Assembly (NCBI GenBank): GCA_965248695.1
Contig: CBDFKD010000002.1
Span: 1,760,001 to 1,824,000 of the forward strand
Direction of reading: 5' to 3'
Source: Acidobacteriota bacterium
Lineage (GTDB): Bacteria; Acidobacteriota; UBA890; WLXD01
Length of the DNA stretch: 64,000 nucleotides
Position numbers and translations under genes: made by a program. The number at the start of each line of letters is the position of its first letter. Within the stretch, counting starts at the first letter, position 1. Below the pieces are notes generated by a model that ran no database searches, was not told the origin of the DNA, and worked only from the letters and a program-made list of their open reading frames with translations. Shown here piece by piece: positions 1-10,352 of this stretch.

Positions 1-639
<639 letters not shown>

Positions 640-710
640 CTCGGCAGGTACCCCGATCGAGTTGAAGCGCGAGCGCATTCGAAACGGCATCAAGGAGCGG
701 CGAAAAGGCG

Positions 711-1571
711 ATGATGCGAACTGCGCGCGGCGCTGGGCTCGTTTTCGGCCTGCTGGCCTTTTTCTTCCTCCTGATGTCGTACCAGGTCAACCGCTCTCGC
801 ACGCTAGCGACCGCGCGCAGTGCGGTGACCGGCGTCGTATCGCCGTTCCAGCGCCTCGCGACCTCAGCAGTCGGTGGAACGCGTGCCGCGTGGGGTAAGT
901 ACGTCGAGCTCCTCGGTTCCGCCGACGAGCTCGACCGGCTGCGTGAGGACAACGCGCGTCTGCAGCGGCAACTCGCGGCGGCCGCGGCGGCGGGCCACGA
1001 GAACCGGCGCCTTCGCGCAATGTTGCGCGTCACCAAGTCGGTGCCGGGCACGTGGATCGCGGCGCAGGTCGTCGGGCGAGACCTGGCGCATCGGTACCAA
1101 TCGTTGCAACTGGATCGCGGCTCGGCAGACGGTGTCGGCTTCGACGATGCAGTCGTATCGCCCGCAGGAGCCCTGGTCGGTCGGGTGATTCAGGTTTCGC
1201 GCTGGACATGCGCCGTTCAGTTGCTGACCGACGCGCTGAGCGGTGTAGGTGCTCGCCTCGGCGAGTCGCGCGCCAGCGGGCTACTGGCGGGAGCGGACGG
1301 GCCGTTGCTCGAGCTGCGCTTCATCCGTACGCTCGATGACGCGACCGTGGGCGAGAGCGTCGAGACATCCGGAGAGGACGGAATCTATCCGGCCGGGATC
1401 CCGATCGGACAGGTAACTCGAGCCGGCGTCGGGCCAGCGGCCCCAGGCACACCGCCGGTGCCGCTCGCGCGCGACGAGACGGCGCTGTTCATGCAGATCG
1501 AGGTTCGGCCGCACGTCGATATGATGCGTCTGGAGAACGTGCTGGTCCTGCACCGCGAGCCCCAATCCTGA
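711..1571 (+). CDS. mreC: Rod shape-determining protein MreC
   Basis: N-terminal TM, coiled coil (LREDNARL..ENRRLRAML), LDRGSADGV, ETSGEDGIYPAGIPIG; synteny. Confidence 0.93.
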   Translation: MMRTARGAGLVFGLLAFFFLLMSYQVNRSRTLATARSAVTGVVSPFQRLATSAVGGTRAAWGKYVELLGSADELDRLREDNARLQRQLAAAAAAGHENRRLRAMLRVTKSVPGTWIAAQVVGRDLAHRYQSLQLDRGSADGVGFDDAVVSPAGALVGRVIQVSRWTCAVQLLTDALSGVGARLGESRASGLLAGADGPLLELRFIRTLDDATVGESVETSGEDGIYPAGIPIGQVTRAGVGPAAPGTPPVPLARDETALFMQIEVRPHVDMMRLENVLVLHREPQS

Positions 1572-1586
1572 TCCCCGACGCGACCG

Positions 1587-2099
1587 ATGAGATCTGTCGT
1601 CCAGATCGTCGTCCTGATGCTTGCGGTGGGTACCGCACAGGTCACCCTGACGCAGATGGTGCCGCCACTGGGTCTGGTCGACGGGCTCATGGTCGCGACC
1701 GGGCTACTGGCGCTTCGGCGATCCTTCACTGCCTCGGTCCTCATCGGCGCGCTCGCCGGCTTCATCCAAGACAGCCTTTCGGGCGGCATCGTCGGACTTC
1801 ACGCGTTCGCGAAGACCGTGGTGGCAGCGTTGATCACTTCGCTGGGAAGCATCATTGTGGTTCGCGGGCAGCTCGCCGAGGCGATCGTGATCGGGGCTGC
1901 GGCGGTGCTCGAGAGCGTGATCGTAGTGGGTCTACTCGGCTTCTTCGCCTGGCCGGGATCGGAAGCACTGACCACGATCGCTGCCCGCGGCGGCATGACC
2001 GCCCTCGCCTGTGGCGTGATCACGGTAGGTGGGCCGCGCCTCGTAGTAGGCTGGCGCAACAGGCGAGAACGACCTCGCCTGTCACCTCGCAGACGATGA
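1587..2099 (+). CDS. mreD: Rod shape-determining protein MreD
   Basis: 170-aa hydrophobic protein with GFIQDSLSGGIVGLHAFAKT, between mreC and mrdA. Confidence 0.88.
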   Translation: MRSVVQIVVLMLAVGTAQVTLTQMVPPLGLVDGLMVATGLLALRRSFTASVLIGALAGFIQDSLSGGIVGLHAFAKTVVAALITSLGSIIVVRGQLAEAIVIGAAAVLESVIVVGLLGFFAWPGSEALTTIAARGGMTALACGVITVGGPRLVVGWRNRRERPRLSPRRR

Positions 2100-2142
2100 T
2101 CGGCGGAGCACATATGCAACCAATCGTTCACCCGGAAGCGCC

Positions 2143-4152
2143 GTGAAGACGGGACCCTGGCGCCCTGAAGACGACGGTCGCGTCGACCTGAAGCGGCGTC
2201 CGGAGCGCTCGATTCATCGGCCGCCGTTGCTCGGTCCACGAGCGCTCGAGACAGCCGCCGATCGTCAGCGTATTACTGATCGCGTGCGCGTCCTCGAGGC
2301 GATCGCGGCCGTGCTCGTCCTGGCGCTGCTGCTGGGCTTCTGGCAAACCCAAGTAATCCACGGTGAGGAATACGCCAACCTGGCCGAGGAGAACCTGTGG
2401 AAGCGCTCACGCGTGCGCCCGACCCGCGGGCTCATTCTCGATCGAAACGGCGAGATCCTGGCTACCAATCGGCCGTCGTATGAGGTCGCCCTCATTCGCG
2501 AGTTGGTCGACGATGAGGGTGGCGTCCTCCGCTGGCTGAGCACGGTGCTCGAGGAACCGCAGGAGGTGCTTCGCCAGCGCCTCGACCGGCAGCGGAGCAC
2601 AGCCCGATTCAGGCCCGTTGTCGTTGCTTCCGGGGTCCCCAAGGAACATGTCGTTCGGATCGAGGCGCGCCGCCTCGAGCATCCGGGGGTAGTGGTTCAG
2701 GTGCACGCGCAACGGTTCTATCCGCGCGGCGCAGCCGCGGCCCATGTGCTCGGCTACGTGGGGGAGATCTCACCGCAACAGCTCGATACCTGGGGCGAGC
2801 AATTCAACCTCGGCGACATTGTCGGCAAGCTCGGCGTGGAGTCGATCTACAACGACGACCTTGCCGGCCATGCCGGTAGTCGGCTGGTGGTGGTGAACTC
2901 GGTAGGTCGAGAGATTCGACTGGAAAGCGAGGACGCTCCGCAACCTGGAGAGACCGTAGTTCTCACGCTTGACGTCCTGCTGCAGGAACGCGTCGAGGAG
3001 CTCCTGCGCGGCCACCGTGGCGCCGCCGTGGTGCTCGACACGACCAGCGGTGGTGTCTTGGCGCTGGCGAGCTCTCCGTCCTTCAATCCGAACGCCTTTG
3101 CCGATCGCTTCTCGGTAGAACAGTGGGAGGCTCTGCTCCGCGACCCAGCCAAGCCACTGCAGAACCGCGGCGTGCGCGCCGGCCAGCCTCCGGGCTCGAT
3201 CTTCAAGCTCGTGCTCGCCACGGCGGGGCTCGAGGAAGGCATCATCTCGTCAAACACGACCTATTTCTGTCCCGGAGGAAAGACGTACTACGGTCGCTTC
3301 TTCCGCTGCCTGGGACAACACGGCAACCTCAACGTCGTCCAGGCCCTGGCCTATTCGTGCAACAGCTTCTTCTACGAGTTGGGCGTCAAGCTGGGCCGCG
3401 AGCGCATCGTGCGCTGGGCGCAGCGATTCGGACTCGGCGCAGTGACCGGCATCGACCTCACCGATGAGGAAGGCGGTATCGTTCCGAGCGACGATTGGCT
3501 GGCCGCCAACGGCAGGCGCTACTACCCGGGCGAGACGGTTTCTCTGTCGATCGGCCAGGGGCCGCTGGCCGTCAGCCCGCTGCAGCTTGCCAACGTCGCC
3601 GCGACTGCCGCCACCGGCCTCGTGCGCCAACCTCGACTGCTGTTGCGCATCGAGGGCGCCAGCGGCGACGGCACACGCTCATACCCGAGCGAGCAACGGC
3701 CCGCTCCGTTCGGAAGCGCCGCGCGCGAGCTGGTCACACGCGGCATGGAGGGGTCGGTAGCGTACGGCTCGTCGTGGCGCGCCCGGCTGGCAACCGTCTC
3801 GGTGGGTGGCAAGACCGGCACGGCGCAGGTGGCTTCGTCCACTCGGGTGGCCGAGAACGACGAGGATCGCCCTGAGCATCTCCGCAACCACGCCTGGTTC
3901 GTCGCGGTGGCGCCCAGCGACGAGCCTGAGATCGCGGTCGCGGTATACCTCGAACACGGTGGCTCCGGCGGCGTGGCTGCGGCACCTATCGGCGGGCAGA
4001 TTCTGGCGAGCTACTTCGGCGAGACGCTGGGGAAGGACGACTACCAGCAGCTGCCCTTGGTCGAACCTGGCCCCGAGACCGACACGACCACGACGCCGAG
4101 TGGGGACGATTCCGACACCGCGACGGGTGACAACCCCGAGGTCGACCGATGA
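2143..4152 (+). CDS. mrdA: Penicillin-binding protein 2 (elongasome transpeptidase); start uncertain
   Basis: RGLILDRNG, SxxK (GSIFK), SxN (SCN), KTGTAQ motifs; stop overlaps rodA start. Confidence 0.95.
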   Translation: MKTGPWRPEDDGRVDLKRRPERSIHRPPLLGPRALETAADRQRITDRVRVLEAIAAVLVLALLLGFWQTQVIHGEEYANLAEENLWKRSRVRPTRGLILDRNGEILATNRPSYEVALIRELVDDEGGVLRWLSTVLEEPQEVLRQRLDRQRSTARFRPVVVASGVPKEHVVRIEARRLEHPGVVVQVHAQRFYPRGAAAAHVLGYVGEISPQQLDTWGEQFNLGDIVGKLGVESIYNDDLAGHAGSRLVVVNSVGREIRLESEDAPQPGETVVLTLDVLLQERVEELLRGHRGAAVVLDTTSGGVLALASSPSFNPNAFADRFSVEQWEALLRDPAKPLQNRGVRAGQPPGSIFKLVLATAGLEEGIISSNTTYFCPGGKTYYGRFFRCLGQHGNLNVVQALAYSCNSFFYELGVKLGRERIVRWAQRFGLGAVTGIDLTDEEGGIVPSDDWLAANGRRYYPGETVSLSIGQGPLAVSPLQLANVAATAATGLVRQPRLLLRIEGASGDGTRSYPSEQRPAPFGSAARELVTRGMEGSVAYGSSWRARLATVSVGGKTGTAQVASSTRVAENDEDRPEHLRNHAWFVAVAPSDEPEIAVAVYLEHGGSGGVAAAPIGGQILASYFGETLGKDDYQQLPLVEPGPETDTTTTPSGDDSDTATGDNPEVDR

Positions 4153-5240
4153 CGCTGTTCGATCGTCGCCTGGTGCGCTGGTTCGATCTCGTGACCCTGC
4201 TAACCCTGGCAGCGCTTCTGGGCATAGGCATGCTGCTGGTGGCCTCAGCCTCCGCCGGCGAAGATCTGGAGTTGGAGAAACGCCAGGGGATCTGGGTCGC
4301 CGTAGGCCTGCTGCTGGCGATCGCACTCGGGTTCCTGAACTACCGACATCTCACCGACAACGCCTACCTGCTGTGGGGTGCTTGCGTGGCAATGTTGGTT
4401 GTCGTGCTGGTGCTCGGTCCGCAGATCTCCGGAGCGCGATCATGGCTGCGTATCGGAGGTATCGGGATCCAGCCATCCGAGCTCGCCAAGGTAGCGATCA
4501 TCTTGGTGCTGGCCCGCCTGTTCGCTGATCGGGAGCCACGTCCGTTCGGGATGCGTGGCCTGGTCATGCCGGTGATCGTGGTGGGCGTCCCCTTCGTGCT
4601 CACGGCATTGCAACCAGACCAGGGCACGGCGATGACGTACTTGCCGATACTCGCTGCAACCGCTTGGGCCGCCGGGCTGCGGATGCGAACGATCACTTGG
4701 CTCGCCGCCTCCACACTGGCGGCAACCCCGCTCTGGTATTGGAGCTTGCACCCCTATCAACGAGCCCGGCTGACCAGCTTCCTGGCACCCGAGGCCGATC
4801 CCCTGGGGGCCGGCTACCAGCTCGTGCAAAGCAAGATCGCAGTCGGCTCGGGGGGCCTCCTGGGCAAGGGTTTGTTCTCCGGTACCCAGAGTCAGCTGAA
4901 CTTCCTGCCGGAGCAGGAGAACGATTTCATCGTGGCGCTGCTCGGAGAGGAGATCGGGTTCTTGGGGGTCGCCACTGTGCTGCTGTTGTACTTGGCGCTG
5001 ATCTTGCGACTGCTACGCGGCGCCCACACGGCCCGCGACCGCGCCGGCGCCTATATTTGTGCCGGTGTGGCGGGACTACTCACGTTCCACCTGGGAGTCA
5101 ACGCCGGCATGGTGATCGGTTACATCCCGATCACCGGCATCCCGCTGCCGCTGCTGTCATACGGCGGCTCGTCGGCACTGGCGACCTGTATCGCGATCGG
5201 GTTGGTGATCTCAGTACGCAGCAGGCGTTTCCTGGTCTAG
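4149..5240 (+). CDS. rodA: SEDS peptidoglycan glycosyltransferase RodA
   Basis: IQPSELAK, LQPDQGTA, GYQLVQSKIAVGSGG, PITGIPLPLLSYGGSS. Confidence 0.96.
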   Translation: MTLFDRRLVRWFDLVTLLTLAALLGIGMLLVASASAGEDLELEKRQGIWVAVGLLLAIALGFLNYRHLTDNAYLLWGACVAMLVVVLVLGPQISGARSWLRIGGIGIQPSELAKVAIILVLARLFADREPRPFGMRGLVMPVIVVGVPFVLTALQPDQGTAMTYLPILAATAWAAGLRMRTITWLAASTLAATPLWYWSLHPYQRARLTSFLAPEADPLGAGYQLVQSKIAVGSGGLLGKGLFSGTQSQLNFLPEQENDFIVALLGEEIGFLGVATVLLLYLALILRLLRGAHTARDRAGAYICAGVAGLLTFHLGVNAGMVIGYIPITGIPLPLLSYGGSSALATCIAIGLVISVRSRRFLV

Positions 5241-5371
5241 CAGGTGGTGAAAGTGTGGCGGGTCTGGTTACGGCGAGTTGGGGCCAGATGCAAGGCTGCC
5301 TGACGCACACGATGCCCTAGCAGACCGTGGTGAAAGGCCAACGCTGCAGATGGCCCCAAATCGCCGTAACC
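5237..5371 (+). repeat. Two ends of a CTAG-bounded MITE-like repeat (5237, 5317) plus a 27-bp imperfect inverted repeat
   Basis: CTAGCAG-GTGGTGAAAGTGTGGCGGGTCTGG at 5237 and CTAGCAGACCGTGGTGAAAG at 5317 match copies at 7446, 11896(-), 23454(-); 5266-5292 pairs with 5345-5371 with 3 mismatches. Confidence 0.8.
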
Positions 5372-5492
5372 CTTTGGGCGACTGGGGGTTGCGCGCGGAT
5401 GCTGCGTCGTTTGTCGTCAACGATGGGGTAACCCAATCAACGAACAGGGCTCGTCAGGCCGCTCGACAGGGCTCCGGCTCGGTTCGTGACCC

Positions 5493-5501
5493 TGGTACAA
5501 T
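5493..5501 (+). promoter_or_regulatory. Putative extended -10 promoter (TGgTACAAT) for the Rne/Rng gene
   Basis: TG-n-TACAAT, rare in this GC-rich context, about 420 nt upstream of ATG 5920. Confidence 0.5.
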
Positions 5502-5919
5502 TCCGGTAGGATATGAATTGTCCTGGAGTTCAGGACGCACACGACCCCGGCCCGTCCCGGGGAAACTGATCAAGTATCGTGCGGCCGGCCGTTCTCGCCG
5601 GCGCAGATACGGCCCGCATGGGGCAGCGGTCATCAAGCGGGGCGAAGCGGTTGACGAGCGACATGGAAGCGCCGCCAACCGGCCCGGGGCGCAGGATTTT
5701 TCTAGAGTTCGGTAACGCGACATTCCGGCGCCGCTGTTCTCGGCGGCGTCGTCAGGAAACCGCTGATGGGTGCCCAATTCACAGAAGTACAGCCGGGGAT
5801 CCGGTGGAACGACCTCGAGTTGCTCCATGCGGTCGCTCCGCGTGCGCCCATCCCGCCGCAGCGTCTGAACGACCGTTGGTCGGCTCCTTCGAGCCCGGGC
5901 GCGCGCAGGGGAGTACTCC

Positions 5920-7449
5920 ATGGCACGCAAGGAGATCATCGCCAATTGCGGGGACAACGAAACCCGCGTGGCGATACTCGAAGACGGACAACTACAGGAA
6001 GTATTCATCGAGCGGGAGAGCACCCGCGGCACCGCCGGCAATATCTATAAGGGGCGTGTGAACCGGGTTCTTCCCGGGATGCAGTCGGCTTTCGTCAACA
6101 TCGGGCTAGCGCGCGACGGCTTCCTGTACGTTTCGGACGTCCTGCCCGACATCGACGCCTACACTTCGTGGCTCGATGACGACGATGACAACGACGACGG
6201 CACCCCGAAGCCGCAGCGACGCCAGAGCCGCCGCTCGCGCGAGTCGCAGAAGATCGACAAGCTGCTGAGCCGCGGCGACGAGATCCTGGTACAGATCTCC
6301 AAGGCACCGCTTGGCACCAAAGGCGCCCGTATCACCACGAACGTCTCGTTACCGGGCCGCTATCTCGTCTATATGCCGTCGGTCGACCACGTCGGCGTAT
6401 CCCGCAAGATCGAGGATCGCGCCGAGCGCCATCGACTGAAGCGCATCACTCAAAAGGCGCGCCAGAAGGGAATGGGCGGCTTCATCGTGCGCACCGCCGG
6501 CGTGGGGCGCAGCCAGCAGGACTTCGCCGACGACATGCGGTTCCTGCACGAGCTCTGGGAGGAGCTCAAGCGCCGCAGCGAGCAAGCGGACGCGCCCGCC
6601 GTGATCCACCGCGATTTATCGGTGCTGTTGCGGCTGCTGCGCGACCTGTTCACCAAGGATTACAGCCGCGTCGTGATCGATGACGAGACCGAGTACGAGC
6701 GCGCCAAGCGTTTCTTGCAGGCGATCAACCCTGACGTGGCCGATCGCGTCCAGCATCATCGCTCCGACCGTCCGATCTTCGACCAGTTCGAGATCGAGCC
6801 GCAGATCCAAAAGGCGCTCGAGTCGAAAGTCTGGCTCAAGTCGGGCGCCTACCTGGTGATCAATCAAACCGAGGCGCTGGTAGCGATCGATATCAACACT
6901 GGCAAGTACGTCGGCAAGCGACGCCTCGAGGACACGGTGCTGCAGACCAACCTCGAGGCTGTGCGCGAGATCGTGCGGCAGGTCCGACTCCGCGACCTGG
7001 GCGGTATTATCGTCATCGACTTCATCGACATGGAGCAGACGGCCAACCGACGCAAGGTGGTCGAGGTGCTTCAGGAAGAGCTCGAGAAGGACCGCGCCAA
7101 GACCCAGCTGTTGCAGATCTCCGAGTTCGGCCTCGTCGAGCTCACTCGCCAGCGTGTCAAACAAAGCCTCGAGAACACTCTTACGCAGGAGTGCCCCTAC
7201 TGCCACTCCAGCGGCCGGGTGAAGTCCGTCGATACGATCTGTCTGGAGATCCTCCGCGAGGTCAACCGGTTGCGGAAACAGCTACGCGGCCGGGATGTGG
7301 TGGTAAGGGCCAATCCGGTGGTCGGCCGCGCGCTGCGCGGCGACAATCGCTCGGTTCTGCAAGGCATGCGCGAGATCGTGCAAGCTCCGGTGAACGTGGT
7401 CGCCGACCAGATGTTGCATCAGGAGCAGTTCGAGGTAGCGAACCTCTAG
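5920..7449 (+). CDS. rng: Ribonuclease E/G family (Rne/Rng) endoribonuclease, RNase G-length
   Basis: GNIYKGRV..VLPGMQSAFV S1 domain, IDINTG, RLRDLGGIIVIDFIDM, CPYC Zn-link; GGGGAG RBS. Confidence 0.93.
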   Translation: MARKEIIANCGDNETRVAILEDGQLQEVFIERESTRGTAGNIYKGRVNRVLPGMQSAFVNIGLARDGFLYVSDVLPDIDAYTSWLDDDDDNDDGTPKPQRRQSRRSRESQKIDKLLSRGDEILVQISKAPLGTKGARITTNVSLPGRYLVYMPSVDHVGVSRKIEDRAERHRLKRITQKARQKGMGGFIVRTAGVGRSQQDFADDMRFLHELWEELKRRSEQADAPAVIHRDLSVLLRLLRDLFTKDYSRVVIDDETEYERAKRFLQAINPDVADRVQHHRSDRPIFDQFEIEPQIQKALESKVWLKSGAYLVINQTEALVAIDINTGKYVGKRRLEDTVLQTNLEAVREIVRQVRLRDLGGIIVIDFIDMEQTANRRKVVEVLQEELEKDRAKTQLLQISEFGLVELTRQRVKQSLENTLTQECPYCHSSGRVKSVDTICLEILREVNRLRKQLRGRDVVVRANPVVGRALRGDNRSVLQGMREIVQAPVNVVADQMLHQEQFEVANL

Positions 7450-7592
7450 CAGGCCGTGGTGAAAGCGTGGTGGGTCTGGCGACAGGGTTTTGCGAGGCGC
7501 AGGCCAGGTCGGCTGCCCATTCCCAATGGATCGTCCCGACACTCGATCGATGACGGCATAGTCAAAACCGAGTGACCACCGGGACCTGCTAG
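7446..7592 (+). mobile_element. Complete MITE-like element (~147 bp) with CTAGCAGG...CCTGCTAG termini
   Basis: Left CTAG includes the rng TAG stop; right end CCTGCTAG at 7585-7592; first ~52 bp nearly identical to 23403-23454(-); no transposase. Confidence 0.72.
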
Positions 7593-7635
7593 GATCTCGT
7601 TATTCGTTGTGCTCCACATCGTGGAGAGGCTCACG

Positions 7636-10290
7636 ATGACGCGGTCAGTTTGCACTCGCTTCGGTCCCGCCAGAGCGAGCATCGTTCTGTTGCTCGGGCT
7701 TTGCCCGCATGTCCTGTGGGCACAGCAGTCGCAAGCAATCTCCGCCGAGCCAACGCAGACGGTCGTGGCTGGCGCGCACTACGCTGCCGGCGCCTTCAAG
7801 CGACTTGTCTTCGGCAACGCCTATCGCGACATCTGGACGGTCCCGATCGAGGTTGAAGTGCTCGATCTGGCCCGAGAAGCGGGTGGACTCGAGCCCGTCA
7901 GGCGTGTCGGCGGGCTGCAAACCGCCGGCCTGGCGCTACGCGGCGCCGACGGTCGGAGCTACACATTCCGCGGCGTCGCCAAGGACCCGACGCTGATCCT
8001 GCCCGAGGAGCTTCAGGACACGCCGATCGCCGACATCGCCCAGGACCAGATCTCGGCGAGCTTTCCGGCCGGCTCGCTCGTCGCCGCGCCGTTGGCGCGT
8101 GCCGCTGGCGTGTTGCAGTCGCAACCCCGGCTCGTCGTCATGCCGGACGATCCGCGGCTGGGCGCGTTCCAAGCGGAGTTCCGCGGCCTGCTCGGTACGA
8201 TCGAGGAATTCCCGACGGCGACCGCCGATGGGGGAACGTTCGGTGCCACCGAGATCATCGGCGGGCGCGAGCTCTTCGAGCACATCACCGCCAGCTCGGC
8301 GACGGTCGTCGACGCCGAGGCGTTCTTGCGGGCTCGTCTGGTTGATCTGTTCCTCGGCGATTGGGACCGCCACGTCGAGCAGTGGCGCTGGGCGCGCGTG
8401 CCCGGAGCAACCGGACTGCAACCGATCGCAGAAGACCGCGACCAGGCGTTCTCACGATACGAAGGTGTCGCCCTGAGGATGGCGCGTGACCGTGAGGCCA
8501 AGGTCGACTCGTTCCAGAGCCGCTATCAAGGCCTCGAGGGACTCGCCTGGAACGCGCGCTCGCTGGATCGGCGACTACTCTCGGGGCTCGGATGGGCGAC
8601 GTGGGAGCGCGCCGCACACGATGTACAAGGTCGTCTCACCGACGAGGTCATCGAAGCCGCCGTACGGCACATGCCGACGGAGTACTACGAGCTACACGGC
8701 GCTGCGCTGATCGGCAAGCTGAGGGCCCGGCGCGACGCTCTGCCGGCGGAGGGGCGGCGTTTCTATCTGTTCCTTTCGCGACTCGTGAACATCTACACGA
8801 CCAACGCAGCCGACGTGATCCGGATCGAGCGGCACGGCGGCGGTTCCTTGACCATGACGGTGTCTCCCGGTGGCGGGCCGTGTGAGGCGACGACGACGAC
8901 CGGTGATGCATTTCTACAACGACGCTTCGACCCCGCCGAGACCGAGCAGCTGCGCATCTACACCGGCGCCGGGGACGACCGCGTGGTAGTAACCGGTCCA
9001 GCGAGCGACGAACTCTCGATCGTTATCGTTGGCGGGACCGGTAACGGCATCGTCTGCGGCTCTGGCGTCGAGCGGAGCGTCGGATTCGACATCTCCAGCC
9101 AGGGCCGTTCCGGTCGAGGCCAGCGGATAGTGGAGGGACTCCGCATCGCGCCAGCGGAGCCGATCGAGACAACAGGGACCCCGGAAGAGGGCCAGGGCGC
9201 GGCCGCAGACGCTCGCCGTGATTGGGGCAGCACCAGCTATCGCACCCCTTGGTTCGGCTATGGGCCCGACCTCGGAGTGTTCATCGGTTCTGGCATCGCC
9301 ATCGAGAGCTTTGGTTTTCGCAAACGCCCCTACGCGTCCCGTCATCAAATCCGTCTCGGCTTCAGCACCGGCGCGTTACGTCCGCGGCTCGACTACGACG
9401 CCGAGTTTCGCCCGGAGAATCGGAGCCACTATTGGAGCATCCGCGCCTTGATCTCCGGAATCGAGACGCTCAACTTCTACGGCTTCGGCAACGAGACGCC
9501 CGATCTGGGGGATGATGATCTGAGGCGCGTGCAGCAGGCCGCCGCCATGGTGGAGGCGCGGTTGGTGCTCCGGCTAGGCAGCAATGTCTACCTGTCCACC
9601 GGGCCCGTGGCCCGGTATACGATCACCGATCTCAGCGATGATCGGTTCATTTCCAAGCAGCGCCCCTACGGCGTCGAGAACACGGCCCAGATCGGGTGGG
9701 TGACCGGATTCAGCCTCAACAGTCGACGTTATCCGGGAACCCGCACCGTCGACGCTACCGACGACACCCTGCGCTGGGGACCGGCTCCCGTCGGGCCCGG
9801 CTACACGCTGGACGTCGACGCGACCTACTACCCGCGCGTCGGCGATCTTGTCGACGACTATGCGGTGGTGCGTGGAGCTGCGACCGCCTCCTACTGGCTG
9901 CCGAGTCAGGGACTGGGGGTCGGCTTCCGGGTCGGTGGGCAGCAGAACTTCGGCACGTTCCCCTACTACGACGCAGCGTTCATCGGCGGCAGCACGGTGC
10001 GCGGTCTGCGGGCCAACCGCTTCGCCGGCGAGTCCTCGGCGTACGGAAACGTGGAGGTGCTGGCCCGCGTCGGTAGCCTGGCCATCGTCCTGCCCGGACG
10101 CTGGGGTATCTTCGTGCGCTCGGACGCCGGTCGCGTATGGCTTCCTGGAGAGGACTCCGATACGTGGCACTGGGGATACGGCGGGGGGCTCTGGTGGGCG
10201 CCGTGGAACCTGACCAACGCCGTCCGCATCTACGGTGCCAAGAGCGACGAGCAGACCGCGCTATATCTGTTGCTGGGATTCGGCTTCTAG
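7636..10290 (+). CDS. Omp85/BamA-TamA-superfamily outer-membrane protein with N-terminal kinase-like domain
   Basis: Signal peptide; GGAGAGG RBS before ATG 7636; C-terminal amphipathic beta-strands, VRGL (VRGF/Y-like) loop motif, terminal Phe; N-terminal DWDRH..QW and DRDQAF motifs. Confidence 0.75.
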   Translation: MTRSVCTRFGPARASIVLLLGLCPHVLWAQQSQAISAEPTQTVVAGAHYAAGAFKRLVFGNAYRDIWTVPIEVEVLDLAREAGGLEPVRRVGGLQTAGLALRGADGRSYTFRGVAKDPTLILPEELQDTPIADIAQDQISASFPAGSLVAAPLARAAGVLQSQPRLVVMPDDPRLGAFQAEFRGLLGTIEEFPTATADGGTFGATEIIGGRELFEHITASSATVVDAEAFLRARLVDLFLGDWDRHVEQWRWARVPGATGLQPIAEDRDQAFSRYEGVALRMARDREAKVDSFQSRYQGLEGLAWNARSLDRRLLSGLGWATWERAAHDVQGRLTDEVIEAAVRHMPTEYYELHGAALIGKLRARRDALPAEGRRFYLFLSRLVNIYTTNAADVIRIERHGGGSLTMTVSPGGGPCEATTTTGDAFLQRRFDPAETEQLRIYTGAGDDRVVVTGPASDELSIVIVGGTGNGIVCGSGVERSVGFDISSQGRSGRGQRIVEGLRIAPAEPIETTGTPEEGQGAAADARRDWGSTSYRTPWFGYGPDLGVFIGSGIAIESFGFRKRPYASRHQIRLGFSTGALRPRLDYDAEFRPENRSHYWSIRALISGIETLNFYGFGNETPDLGDDDLRRVQQAAAMVEARLVLRLGSNVYLSTGPVARYTITDLSDDRFISKQRPYGVENTAQIGWVTGFSLNSRRYPGTRTVDATDDTLRWGPAPVGPGYTLDVDATYYPRVGDLVDDYAVVRGAATASYWLPSQGLGVGFRVGGQQNFGTFPYYDAAFIGGSTVRGLRANRFAGESSAYGNVEVLARVGSLAIVLPGRWGIFVRSDAGRVWLPGEDSDTWHWGYGGGLWWAPWNLTNAVRIYGAKSDEQTALYLLLGFGF

Positions 10291-10352
10291 CGGCGCGGTC
10301 GGTCACTGGTGAGGGTTCGGTTCCCGCCTCACGTTCGCAATCGCTGTCGACG

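Noticed and set aside
5502-5919. RNase P RNA, tmRNA or 6S RNA candidate
   Set aside because: No GAGGAAAGUCC, no tRNA-like ends and no single long rod recognised; treated as a leader instead
5278-6061. ORFs 5278..5715, 5454..6041, 5579..6061 in the rodA-rng gap
   Set aside because: Arg/Pro-rich, no motifs, overlapping repeat and hairpin sequence; typical GC-rich shadow ORFs
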